Source: an uncultured Deinococcaceae bacterium
GTDB lineage: Bacteria; Deinococcota; Deinococci; Deinococcales; Deinococcaceae
Reading direction: 5' to 3'
DNA length: 64,000 nt
Assembly (NCBI GenBank): GCA_964252075.1
Contig: CAXULY010000024.1
Span: forward strand, 1 to 64,000
The notes beneath the pieces were generated by a model that did no database searches, was not told the origin of the DNA, and worked only from the letters and a program-made list of their open reading frames with translations. Within the stretch, counting starts at the first letter, position 1; every line of letters begins with the position of its first letter. Shown here piece after piece: positions 52,384-62,114 of the stretch. The position numbers were made by a program, and so were the translations under genes.

Positions 52384-52989
52384 ATGGCTTACGGTTACGC
52401 CCGCCTCCTCAACGCCCACCTCCCTGACCTGCACGTCAAGATGCGCGATTACCATCGCCCCGACGAGCGCCCCAGCTGGCTCACCCGCGAACCTCGTGAC
52501 GACACGAAATTCCACCTAGAGAAACTCAACGTGGAACCCGATCCCAAAGACGACACGCACCTCCTCGTCGGGTACTACGTCGAGAAAGGCCGCGGGCCGA
52601 ACCATGACGAACCCGAAGGGATCGTCGCGCCGCACTGGGACTGACATCACCTCGTACGCCGCGCCCAGACCGGTGAGCTCGACAAGCGTGCCCGGCAGGC
52701 CCTCAAACTCGCCGGGACGGAACTGCGCGTCGCCGTCGCCCTCGACGACCGCAGCGACACCGCCTGGTACACCTACAATGGCACCTTCATCCCGGACGTG
52801 GACGCGCACGTTCGAATCGCCCAGCACCTCGGTACGCCCGAAAGCTTCAAGGACCTCCTCGCCCTGCCCGGCATCGAAAACGACTGGGTGGACTTCCTCA
52901 TCGTCACGCGCATCACTAAGGACACCCCCGCCACCTGGAGTGCCGAGCACCTCGCCAAGCCCTGGCTGCCCTGGGTGATGGGCAGGTAG
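52384..52989 (+). pseudogene. Hypothetical gene with in-frame TGA
   Basis: ORFs 52384-52644 and 52798-52989 share a frame; HWD*HHL at 52642-52644 suggests a TGG>TGA change. Confidence 0.6.
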
Positions 52990-53178
52990 CCCCGAGTATC
53001 CACAGGAGCAGAGCAACCATGCGGTGCTACCTCACGGGTAGATCATCCAACTCAGCCAAATAGTTGTCCCGCCGATGTCTGCGGGTTTCCACCGCCCCGT
53101 GCCCAGCCCCAACCGCACGTGCGATGCCTCGTGGCACGGCCACGGCATTCCCCAGACGCCGTGGCCATGCCCTTCCGG

Positions 53179-53292
53179 TCACCCGTGGTGCTGCGCCAGC
53201 AGGGTCAGCCTGCGATCAATCCACACGCCGATCATGGACCCTAGCAGCATTAGGACCAGCACGACCCAGTAGTCCTGGCGCTCCCGTGTCAT
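53179..53292 (-). CDS. Small single-TM protein
   Basis: MTRERQDYWVVLVLMLLGSMIGVWIDRRL...; ATGA-coupled to the upstream ORF. Confidence 0.45.
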   Translation of the reverse strand: MTRERQDYWVVLVLMLLGSMIGVWIDRRLTLLAQHHG

Positions 53293-53760
53293 GGCGCGAG
53301 CCGCCGACACTCCTGCATGGTGCGCTTCAGCCTCCCGTCCGTGCAGTCCACCTGCTTGCCCGCCTCGGTGATGGTGTACATCGCCCTCATCTGCTCTTCC
53401 AGCAGGTGCTGCCCCTCTGTCAGCACTTCCCGGTACCCGTTCAGCTCCGCGTCCAACTGCCTCAGCACGCCCTGCATTCGCCCCTCGAAAGTGGCCAGCG
53501 CCTCCTTCATGCACGCCTCCACACCCGTCACCACCTGCTGCGCGTCGTGCGCCACCCCAAGCACCTGGTCCTCTGCCTGCCGCAGCACCGGCGAGGTGGA
53601 CGGGAGGCCCTCCTCAGGGAGGATCCAGAGTGCCACCAGCGCGTCACGCAACGCCGCCTCGAATGGCACGCCCCGGTGCGAGCGCGCCTGCGCCCGCTGC
53701 AACACCCCGAAGATCCCCTTGGATCTCGGGTGCCCCGAGTACGAATCCCTCCTGCTGCAG
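53289..53760 (-). CDS. Hypothetical coiled-coil protein, 5' end uncertain or truncated
   Basis: Protein-like stretch GIFGVLQRAQAR...LRQLDAELNGYREVL...; upstream sequence belongs to a different fragment. Confidence 0.45.
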
Positions 53761-53998
53761 CGCCTGACGCGCGCCGCACCGTGCTGCACCTTGCGCGCGA
53801 CCTGCCGATCAACGCGAACGAGGCGGCCGCGACGCTCGAACGCGCCGCCATCAACCAGAAGTGCCGCGCCCGCAACATCGGGGGAGTGTGCGTCTTTCAG
53901 CACCTCGCCACCGCCTGAGCGGCCGCCGGCACCCTGCGGCCCAGTGCGCGTCACCGGGCCGCATTGATCCAACCGTTGCCCGCGTGTGCAGTGAAGTC

Positions 53999-54492
53999 AT
54001 GTCAACTTCTCCCCCGGACGCGCTGCGCGTGATGCTCCTGAGCGACGACGACCGCAGCGAACTGCGCAGCACCCGCCCGCTCATCACCGACCACGGCCTC
54101 GCCGACCTCACCGAAGCGCTCTTCCGGCAGGCGCTCGACGACCACGCCCCCTGGGTCGCTACGACCGCCCCACCCTGCTGCAACAACCCGGCGGCCTCCT
54201 CCACGCCGTGGGCGACCTGGTGGACGGCCTGACGGAACGGCCCGATTCTGAGCAGCCCGATCTCTTTCAGCTGGCGCTGGACCTCGGGCGGCGCCACCCG
54301 AACGCCAGCGCGGACGCGTGCCGCTCCGCCGACGCGCTCACCGCGGCGCTGGACGGCGCGCTCGGCATGGCCTTCACGCAGGAAGCGCAGATGGCCTGGG
54401 GTCGCGTGACGGCGCTGATCATCACGGCCCTCGACCTGGGCGGCCAGCTGCGCGGCACACCTCCGCGCGCCGCACCGGGGGTGGTGGCGTGA
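53999..54492 (+). pseudogene. Globin-like domain gene, frameshifted near 54150
   Basis: LSDDDRSELRST...; LGRRH (proximal His); ALTAALDGALGMAFTQEAQMAWGRV. Confidence 0.65.
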
Positions 54493-54761
54493 CCGGCGCG
54501 TTGATCTTCAGCATGCAGGTGCAGGTCGGCGAGCAGCAGCTCGCGAACCTCGTGCAGGCCATGAGCCTCGAGCAGCACGCGGACCAGCTGCACGTGTTCG
54601 ACGCGGCAAAGCGGCCGCTCGGGCAGCTGCACCTGCAGGGCGCCACCGTCCAACACGCGCAGCACTGGTCCGAGACGGGCGCCGAGGTCTTCGTGCACCT
54701 GCTGCTGGACCGCACCGCGACGCGCGTCGACGCGCCCCTGGACGACATCCCGGACGCTTAA
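54489..54761 (+). CDS. DUF4388-like domain protein
   Basis: LANLVQAMSLEQH...LGQLHLQGATVQHA...TGAEVF. Confidence 0.6.
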   Translation: MTGALIFSMQVQVGEQQLANLVQAMSLEQHADQLHVFDAAKRPLGQLHLQGATVQHAQHWSETGAEVFVHLLLDRTATRVDAPLDDIPDA

Positions 54762-54767
54762 GTCACG

Positions 54768-55061
54768 GTGGGCCCGCTGGAGTTCCTGCTGCTCCTCACC
54801 CTGCTCGCGTCCCTGGCGTTCGCGCTGATCTTCACGTCGCGCCTCACCCGGGCGGTGGAGGCCACCGCGGACGGCCAGCTGGACGTGCCGCTGCAGGACA
54901 CCGCCAGCGACGAACTGGGGCGCCTGGCGCGCGCCGTGAACCGCCTGCGCCACGGCCTCCAGGCACTGCTGTCGATGCCCTGCGCCCACCACGCCCAAGG
55001 GTCGCGCCCCGCGCTGTCCTGGCGGCCCTCCGCAGGCGCACGACCCGCACGGGACAGGTGA
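54768..55061 (+). pseudogene. TM + HAMP domain fragment
   Basis: Hydrophobic helix followed by RLTRAVEATADGQLDVPL...DELGRLARAVNRLR. Confidence 0.65.
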
Positions 55062-55363
55062 CCTGACGGCCGAGCAGCGCCAGCGCATCCTGCAGCGCCT
55101 GTGCCGCGCGTTCCCCAGCGCCGTCACGCTCGTCATCGCCGTCACCGGCCCGCCCGACGCGCGGTCACGTGGGGTTGTCCTCTACGGCGCGGACCGCCGC
55201 CCCGCGACCGCGCCGTTCCCCGTGCGACCCGCGGCCCTGGCGCGGCTGATGCAGGACGCCGCGCGGCGCTCCGACCGGACCGCCACCATCGCGCTCCCAC
55301 GCACCCCATCCGCACGCTGAAAGCCAGCGAGGAACGGCGCTCCTCCCCACGACACCGGCGCGC

Positions 55364-55615
55364 GTGGAGTCTCGTGGGGTGCGCAACCGTTCCTTCCAGC
55401 ACCGCGAACCCGACTGGTCCGTCCACCCGCACCTCCAGGCGGTCCTGGACCTCGCCGCACGCCCGGATGGGTGCAGCCTCACCGACGTCGTTCTGAGCGG
55501 CCTGAACCGCACGGCCAGCCAGGCGCTGCTGCACCACCTCGAAGACACGCAGGTGCTGCGCGCCGTGTATGACCCGCGCGGCCGCCACAAGGTCTACCGC
55601 CTGCAACCCCACTGA
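55364..55615 (+). CDS. Small winged-helix-like protein or fragment
   Basis: LQAVLDLAA..DGCSLTDVV...LLHHLEDTQVL...RHKVYRL. Confidence 0.45.
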   Translation: MESRGVRNRSFQHREPDWSVHPHLQAVLDLAARPDGCSLTDVVLSGLNRTASQALLHHLEDTQVLRAVYDPRGRHKVYRLQPH

Positions 55616-55690
55616 CCGACCAGCAAAGACGCCCGCATCACCCCAGCAGCCTTCCCGCCGAATACCGGAGCGCCCCCCAGGATCGTCCAC

Positions 55691-56338
55691 ATGACTACCA
55701 CGACGCCACACATGCCCGCGCCCGCCGCCCGCCTCCTCGTGCCGCTCACCCTGCTCCTGGCGGGCCTGACGTGCGGCATCATGCTGCTCGTCCCGAAACC
55801 AGAGGGCCGGCACACCTTCGACACCGACGGGCACCCCACGCTCGGCTCCCCCGCCGCGCACTTCGAGATTGTGCTGTTCGTGGATTACCAGTGCCCGGCC
55901 TGCCGCGCCTTTGAGCGGTCGGAACTGCCGCGCGTCGAAGCGCAGCTCGTCCTGACCGGCCAGGCCAGGGTCGTGACGCTCCAGAGTCCCTTCATCGGCC
56001 CGGACAGCCGCACCGCCGCGAACGCCGCCCTGTGCGCCCAGCGGCAGGGCAACGCGGCCTTCTGGCGCATGAACGCTGCGCTCTTTGCCCGGCAGGGTGA
56101 CGAACGTACCCGCTGGGCTACCCCGGACGTGCTGCGGGGCGTCGCCGCGCAGAGCGGGCTGAACCCGGCGGCCTTCACCACCTGCCTGACGTCCGGGGTC
56201 ACCGACGCGCAGGTGCAGGCGGACCTCGACCAGCACCACCGCGCGGGCTTCCAGGGCACCCCGGCGGTGTTCGTGAACGGCGTGCGGACCGCCGCGACCT
56301 TCACCGCCATCCGGGCCGCGCTGGCCGCGCGGCGTTGA
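55691..56338 (+). CDS. DsbA family thiol-disulfide oxidoreductase, membrane-anchored
   Basis: N-terminal TM; FVDYQCPAC; GFQGTPAVFVNG. Confidence 0.92.
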   Translation: MTTTTPHMPAPAARLLVPLTLLLAGLTCGIMLLVPKPEGRHTFDTDGHPTLGSPAAHFEIVLFVDYQCPACRAFERSELPRVEAQLVLTGQARVVTLQSPFIGPDSRTAANAALCAQRQGNAAFWRMNAALFARQGDERTRWATPDVLRGVAAQSGLNPAAFTTCLTSGVTDAQVQADLDQHHRAGFQGTPAVFVNGVRTAATFTAIRAALAARR

Positions 56339-56387
56339 CCGCACGGCCACGCGCGCCCACGCTTCGCCACGAAAGAGAGGCACACCC

Positions 56388-57530
56388 ATGCGCATGCCCC
56401 TGATCACCATCCTGCTGACCCTCAGCGTCGCCCAGGCCCAGGACGCCGCCCCCACCCCCCAGGCGCCCAGCGCCGCCGCGCCCGCGGCCACCACCATCAC
56501 GGACGTGCCCGCCGGGCACTGGGCGCGCGACGCCGTCACGCTCCTGATCCAGAAGGGCCTGATCCTCGGCTTCCCCGACGGCACCTTTCGCGGCACTGCA
56601 CCCATCACGCGCTATGAGGCCGCGCAGATCTTCTCGAGGCTGTTCACGAGCGGCGCGCTGAACCTCCCGGGCGGTCAGGCGGCCCTCAGCTCCGCGGACC
56701 TCGACACCCTCGCGAAGGGCGTGAAGGAAGTCGCGGACGGACTCATGACCACGAATGCCCGCGTCGCGGATTTGGGTTCGGACCTGGACAGCGTGAAGGC
56801 GCGCCTCGCGCAGGCGGAGCAGACGCTCGCGCAGGTGGTGCAGGTGGGCGCCACGAAGGCGGACGTGGACGCGCTCGCGCAGAACGCCGACCAGACCTAC
56901 GCCACGAAGAGCGACGTGCAGGCCCTCACGCAGAGCGCCGCCCGCAAGGACGACGTGGCCGCCATCGACTCCCGCGTGTCGACCCTCGAAGCGGGCCAGG
57001 CGAACCGCGATCAGGCGGCGCAGCAGGCCGCCGCGGACGCCGCGAAGCTCAAGGATGACCTCCCGAAGCCCGGGGACCTGCCGAACGTCACGTTCCGCCC
57101 GGACCCCGGCCCCCGGTACTGGATCGCGGTGGGCGTGACGAAGAACCTGTCGGACCCCGTCGGTTTCGGCTTTGGTTTCGGCGTGCGCCACCTCCTCGGG
57201 CCGGTCGGGGCGGAGGTGGCGGGGGAATTCAACCGTGGCGGCCGCAGTTACGGTGTGGCCCTCGAAGCGGTGTCCCCGCTCGCGGCGCCGGACGCGCTGT
57301 TCAGCCCGAGCGTCGGCGGTGGCCTGGGCGTCACCGTCAGCCCGAACCGCGCGAACCGCAGCGCGGGCGCGCTGGACGTGTACCTGAGCGCCACGCTGGG
57401 CCTCACGTACCGCTTCACGGACACCCTCGGGCTGTACGTGAAAGCCAACCCACGCCTGTACGTCACGCACCATGGGGAGGCCAGCCGCAACTTCGTGACC
57501 TTGACCGCTGGCGCCGCACTCAATTTCTGA
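56388..57530 (+). CDS. SLH-domain protein with coiled-coil stalk and C-terminal beta-barrel (small SlpA-like)
   Basis: Signal peptide; TDVPAGHWARDAV...GFPDGTFRG...TRYEAA; terminal Phe (GAALNF). Confidence 0.9.
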   Translation: MRMPLITILLTLSVAQAQDAAPTPQAPSAAAPAATTITDVPAGHWARDAVTLLIQKGLILGFPDGTFRGTAPITRYEAAQIFSRLFTSGALNLPGGQAALSSADLDTLAKGVKEVADGLMTTNARVADLGSDLDSVKARLAQAEQTLAQVVQVGATKADVDALAQNADQTYATKSDVQALTQSAARKDDVAAIDSRVSTLEAGQANRDQAAQQAAADAAKLKDDLPKPGDLPNVTFRPDPGPRYWIAVGVTKNLSDPVGFGFGFGVRHLLGPVGAEVAGEFNRGGRSYGVALEAVSPLAAPDALFSPSVGGGLGVTVSPNRANRSAGALDVYLSATLGLTYRFTDTLGLYVKANPRLYVTHHGEASRNFVTLTAGAALNF

Positions 57531-57670
57531 CGTGACATCGCCCATGCGCTTCGCTTCCCACGGACCTCGGACAGAGTCAGTCCAACAGCCGTGCGCGCAG
57601 GTGGCGCGGAACAAAAAAAAGCTCCCTTGCACGCTGTTGCAGCGCGGATCAGCGCGCTTCAAAGGAAATC

Positions 57671-57904
57671 ATGCTGAAACCCCTCGTCGGTCTGTTGCTC
57701 GCTACGACACTCAGCTTTGCCTCCGCAACCAATCCGGATGCTGCCCGCCAAACGCCCCCGACCGTGCACTCAAACGCCAGCGTGAAATGCGGCCCTGGGG
57801 ACTGCGACTACAGCTCACCCCCTCCACCGCGAAATGTGAGGGTCTGCATGTTGGAGGGCACGTGCCCGCCGCCGCCACCGTGCTCCACCGGCAATTGCAG
57901 CTGA
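57671..57904 (+). CDS. Small secreted Cys/Pro-rich peptide (6 Cys)
   Basis: AAAGGA RBS; signal peptide MLKPLVGLLLATTLSFASA; CGPGDC, CMLEGTC, CSTGNC. Confidence 0.65.
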   Translation: MLKPLVGLLLATTLSFASATNPDAARQTPPTVHSNASVKCGPGDCDYSSPPPPRNVRVCMLEGTCPPPPPCSTGNCS

Positions 57905-58451
57905 ACAGCGACGCCGACCGGCCCGACCCAGTGGAGTCGGGCCGTCGTCATGGCGCCAGACGGTCCAGCACCAGCAGGCAAGCTGACGCGCCGATGCCTG
58001 CCGCCGTCCACGTGAGCCGCGGGACACTTGAGGGTCAGAACGGCCGCGTGCAGTCCGCCCCATGCGGATTGATGCTGACCATATTGGGCGCGCCAAGTGT
58101 GCTGGCATTCAAGGCAGAGGCCGGAGATGAAACGGTCCATGTCGTCGGGCGGGGTGTGCGTGAGCGGCGCGAGGGTGACTTTGGCATGTTGTTGGTCGGC
58201 GCGTGTGGCACGGGAGGTGCTCGGAGAGGGTGAAGGTGGTGGTGCGGCAACGGGGGCAGCGACTGATTTGGTTGAGGTGGCGGCTGGCATCGAGCATGCC
58301 TGGCATGTTCACGACATGCTGATGCGGAGCGGTGAGGGGTGTCGCGCGAAACGGCGTGTGGACGCAGGTTGGCAGGGAGGCCTCACAGGAAGGCCGTCAA
58401 GGGCCATCGGACGGGCATAGAGGGGCGCCGCACATGGAGTGAACTGCTAAA

Positions 58452-58483
58452 GGTTTGTCACTAATTCACATTAGTGACAAACC
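58452..58483. repeat. Perfect 14-bp AT-rich inverted repeat
   Basis: GGTTTGTCACTAAT-TCAC-ATTAGTGACAAACC. Confidence 0.85.
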
Positions 58484-58559
58484 CACGAGGGTCCGCGGGG
58501 CGTTTGGGGGGGTTCAGCACGCGACCATGAATGATCGGCCCGACACATGGCGTTTCGTC

Positions 58560-58576
58560 TTACCAAGCCTTGGTAA
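58560..58576 (+). promoter_or_regulatory. Palindrome upstream of the toxin-antitoxin operon (likely autoregulatory operator)
   Basis: TTACCAAG-C-CTTGGTAA. Confidence 0.65.
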
Positions 58577-58622
58577 AGTAAGACAGGTGAGCGGCGCTGC
58601 GCCGCGTCGAACCGGTGGCCCC

Positions 58623-58949
58623 ATGAAGACCCGCACTGCCACCCTTAGCAGCAAAGGCCAGGTCGTCCTGCCCAAAGACGTCCGCGAGCGCCTCGGCGTC
58701 CACAAAGGCGACGAGATCGAATTCATCCTGGACGACACCGGCATCCACATCCAACCCAAGACCGCCGCCCCCAATCCCTTCCTCAGCTGGATCGGCGCAG
58801 CACCCACCGGGGACCACACCCCCGCCCGCTGGCTCGAAGACGCGCGGCACGCCGAACTCGATGCGCGCGATCTCGCCCTGCTGCGCGCTGGACCCGGCGC
58901 ACAGGTCGTGCACCTCACCCTTCCCGCCGACCCTGACGGGCGCCCGTGA
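58623..58949 (+). CDS. AbrB/MazE/SpoVT family antitoxin (VapB-like)
   Basis: ATLSSKGQVVLPKDVRERLGVHKGDEIEF. Confidence 0.92.
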   Translation: MKTRTATLSSKGQVVLPKDVRERLGVHKGDEIEFILDDTGIHIQPKTAAPNPFLSWIGAAPTGDHTPARWLEDARHAELDARDLALLRAGPGAQVVHLTLPADPDGRP

Positions 58950-59362
58950 GGACCGCACTCGGCACGACCGTCATCTCCGACCTCCTCGACGGCACCCCGA
59001 GCTCCGCCCGCGTCGCGCGCGCCCTCGGGGCGCTGCGCGCCGACGGGCCACTGGTGATCAGCGGCGTGGTCTACGCCGAACTGCACGCCCGCCCCAACAC
59101 GCCGCGCGCCACCATAGAGGCGTTCCTCGCCGGCACGGGCGTGAGCCTCGACGACACCATGCCGAGGGGCGCGTGGGCGGAAGCGGGTCGCGCGAACGCC
59201 GACTATCACGCCCGCCGCCGGGCGAGCGGTGCGACCGGCGTGCGACCGGTGCGGCCCGACTTCCTGGTCGGCGCGCACGCCCAACACCGGGCGCACCGGT
59301 TGTTCACGCTCAACGCGAGCGACTTCGGCGACTTTCCGTTGCTCACCGTCGTGACACTCTAG
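58946..59362 (+). CDS. vapC: PIN domain toxin (VapC-like), first catalytic Asp replaced by Gly
   Basis: TALGTTVI (family has LDTNV), VVYAEL, PDFLVGAHA, LFTLNASDF; GTGA overlap. Confidence 0.85.
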   Translation: MRTALGTTVISDLLDGTPSSARVARALGALRADGPLVISGVVYAELHARPNTPRATIEAFLAGTGVSLDDTMPRGAWAEAGRANADYHARRRASGATGVRPVRPDFLVGAHAQHRAHRLFTLNASDFGDFPLLTVVTL

Positions 59363-59820
59363 GCACCCATCGCTCCACACCCACACGGCGGAGCTTGCCC
59401 AGGGCGGTTCTGACCGATTGGATCGCCATCTGCGAACATGAACACGCGACGTAAACACGCCCCCACCGTTGACCCGGGGCTGATCAATGGGTGGTTCACT
59501 GCGCCAGACGGACCATTTGGGTGGATTGAATCCAGCTTAAAAGCGCAAAAGAATCGCAGGTGTTCTAACCCTTAAAATGAATTCGAGGGGCCTTTACGGC
59601 CCTCCTATGACGGCGATCTAAAAGCCCCATGGGCGTGAATCGAGTGCAGCGGTTTCGCTCTGGATTGATTTGCGTTAAGGGATATCGGCTGTGGGGGTTC
59701 TCGTCCATTGGCAGGCGGAGCAATCGCCACCTTGGCGCGTGTATCGCTTCAAGGTTGTCAGCGGCCCGATCGCGAGAGATCGACCTGACCCACAACGATC
59801 TGATGCTTTCCGGAATACAT

Positions 59821-60387
59821 TTAAACCTCCGACGGGGTCGTGTTGAGTCGCTGTCTTTGCTGACGCACCTCCTCTAACTCCTGGTGCAGGGTGACGGCGG
59901 CCTCATCCGGAAGTTGATGTCCGCCACGCCGCGCCCTGAAACTTTCACGCAATGCGATCAGGGTCTGAAGCTCCTCCTCGCGGACTTCGAGTTCCTCCAT
60001 GGCCTGACGACAAGCCTCTTCTTGCGGGTTCGCCTCGTACTGCGGTGGTGACGCGTCAGGAAACGACTTGATGAACTGGTCATGGAGTAGCTGCAGTCGA
60101 CGTTGCAAAAAGTCTGCCTCTTCTGCCGCCCAGGCTTGCCAGTGCCTGCCAAGGGTCGCGTCTTGCGCTTCTCGCTCCAGCTGATGGGCGCGCCTCGCCA
60201 AGCGCAGGATGCGTTGTGTCAAATCCTCCTGCGCGTTACGCGGCTCTGCCGGCGCTGGCGCGTCCAAGTAGCCCATGTACTCGGCGCGGGCCCGCGTATA
60301 GAACGCGCGGTCAACGTCCGTCGCGCTACCCGCGAGGGCGTCGAGCGCCTGAAGGCGTTGCTGCACGTAAGCTTGAAGATCGGTCAC
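59821..60387 (-). CDS. Hypothetical coiled-coil protein, last gene of the peptide-Trx-TPR operon
   Basis: 188 aa, Q/E/R-rich heptads; GTGA overlap with the TPR gene. Confidence 0.72.
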   Translation of the reverse strand: MTDLQAYVQQRLQALDALAGSATDVDRAFYTRARAEYMGYLDAPAPAEPRNAQEDLTQRILRLARRAHQLEREAQDATLGRHWQAWAAEEADFLQRRLQLLHDQFIKSFPDASPPQYEANPQEEACRQAMEELEVREEELQTLIALRESFRARRGGHQLPDEAAVTLHQELEEVRQQRQRLNTTPSEV

Positions 60388-62114
60388 TTGAGACTCCTCA
60401 GGCGCTGCAGTTCGTCATGCGCGTCATCTGGCGGAAGGTTCCCCTCCAGAAATCGGCTCAGGAGGTCTTGAAGCGCCCCGCGTTGTTCACGCAGGTAAGC
60501 CCCTTCGGTGCGGGGCACCAACCCGTAGGCGGCCGCCACTTCCTGGGCGCAACGGGTCCACGCGCCCTGCCCCGTGCCATCCATCCGCTTCAGGTGGTAC
60601 GCCAGCACGGCTGGTGGCACCACGTGTCGCCGCCTTGTCACGCCCTGAACGTCTTCTCGGAGGGCAAGATGGAGGCGTCGGTACTCCTCGGACTGGTCGC
60701 GTGGCACGTTGGCGTCAATACCAAAAGCCTCCAGTGTTCGTTGCACGAACACAAGGCGCGTGGACACCCGGGTGCCTTGCACGAGGATCGGTCGGCCGTC
60801 CCGGAACACCGAGCCGATGGCCACATCAACACACTCCAGCACGGGCTCAGGCGCGCACGCCAGAAACGCGGCGGCGGTGGGATGCCAGCGGGCCAGTCGA
60901 CGCGCGAGGCCAAGCCGGGCCGCCTGATCTGGCAAGCGCTCAAAGAGCTGCCTCATGTGCCTGCACACGGTGGCGGGGCAAAAGGTGCCGTGTCCTCCAG
61001 GGTGGAAGGCGATGTCGAGTTGGAGGGCCAGTAGGAGGGCCTGCTGATCCGGGACGCCGGCAGGGGCACCTTGGATGCGCCGCGCCGCGAGGAGTGGCTC
61101 ATTCAACCTCAGGTGCGCCACGCCCTGCAGCCAAGGCAGCAGCCCGCGCAGAGAAGCACTCTGCGGACGCCATTCACGCAAAATCGCCAAGACATCCAGA
61201 GCGTCTTGCGCGGAACGGTCCTGTTGCGGCTCAAGGAGCCGCAGGGCCAACGTGACCCGGTCGTAGCTATTCGACGGACATTCTTGGATGGGCGCGCCCT
61301 CAGGGAGGATGCCGAGCCACGCCAGGATAAATTGGTGCGTGACGCGGACTGCTGGGTCGTCTGGGTGATCCCGTCGCACCATGTCCAGTAGGGCGATGGC
61401 GCCCTCGTCGTTTCCGAAGCGGTTCAGGATGAGCGCCATGTTGGTGCGCGCGTGGAGCGCCTGGCGTGCGCCGACCTGGGGATCCTCTGACACCAAGCTG
61501 TATTGGAGGAGGGCATCGGCGAAGCGGTCGGCGCGGAACGCGCACGTGGCGTATGCCAGGCGGGCGGCGCGCAGGAGGCTGTCGACGCCCAGCGCCTGGG
61601 CGGACAGGACCGCTTCACTGGCGCGCTCCAGTGCGTGCTGAATGTCCCCCGCCTCAATATGCTGTTCGGCGAGTGCGATGAGAATTGAGACCGTGGCTTC
61701 CAACGCGAGTCCCCCATTGGAGGGTGAGGTCCGCAAGTCCCGCAGCACGGAAGCCAAAGCCGGTGCCGCCGCCGAGCGCGCGTCTGAACGCGCGCCCCGA
61801 GCGCATTCTTGAAGGACAGCTGCGGTGTCGTTCCGGGACAGAAGGGCAAATCCAAGTGCCCGGATCACGACATTGTTGTCCATAACGGCCGACCCAGCGA
61901 GCTGGAGGGCGAGTGTCGCCTCTCCCCCCTGCTCGTAGAGGGCGGCGCGCCGAACCTGGCCGGCCGGACCCAGCTGTTCCGGCAGCGCCTGAGCGATGGT
62001 CAGCGGCGTCCACCCCGCTTGCCGGAGGGCGCCTAACCAGGAACGGAACCGGAAAGGATCAGATGCCGTGGATTCACTGAGGTGCACATCGGTGGTGAAT
62101 GCCAGGTTCTTCAC
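60384..62114 (-). CDS. TPR-like alpha-helical repeat protein (576 aa)
   Basis: ALAEQHIEAGDIQHALERASEA, AYATCAFRADRFADALLQY, NMALILNRFGNDEGAIALL. Confidence 0.78.
   Translation of the reverse strand: MKNLAFTTDVHLSESTASDPFRFRSWLGALRQAGWTPLTIAQALPEQLGPAGQVRRAALYEQGGEATLALQLAGSAVMDNNVVIRALGFALLSRNDTAAVLQECARGARSDARSAAAPALASVLRDLRTSPSNGGLALEATVSILIALAEQHIEAGDIQHALERASEAVLSAQALGVDSLLRAARLAYATCAFRADRFADALLQYSLVSEDPQVGARQALHARTNMALILNRFGNDEGAIALLDMVRRDHPDDPAVRVTHQFILAWLGILPEGAPIQECPSNSYDRVTLALRLLEPQQDRSAQDALDVLAILREWRPQSASLRGLLPWLQGVAHLRLNEPLLAARRIQGAPAGVPDQQALLLALQLDIAFHPGGHGTFCPATVCRHMRQLFERLPDQAARLGLARRLARWHPTAAAFLACAPEPVLECVDVAIGSVFRDGRPILVQGTRVSTRLVFVQRTLEAFGIDANVPRDQSEEYRRLHLALREDVQGVTRRRHVVPPAVLAYHLKRMDGTGQGAWTRCAQEVAAAYGLVPRTEGAYLREQRGALQDLLSRFLEGNLPPDDAHDELQRLRSLK

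Noticed and set aside
57808..58290. Minus-strand ORF with CLEC...CP zinc-ribbon-like pattern
   Set aside because: Low-complexity N-terminus, weak codon bias and overlap with the better-supported peptide gene; may be a fragment.
59460..59820. AT-richer intergenic region as a replication origin
   Set aside because: No iterons, DnaA boxes or adjacent rep gene seen.
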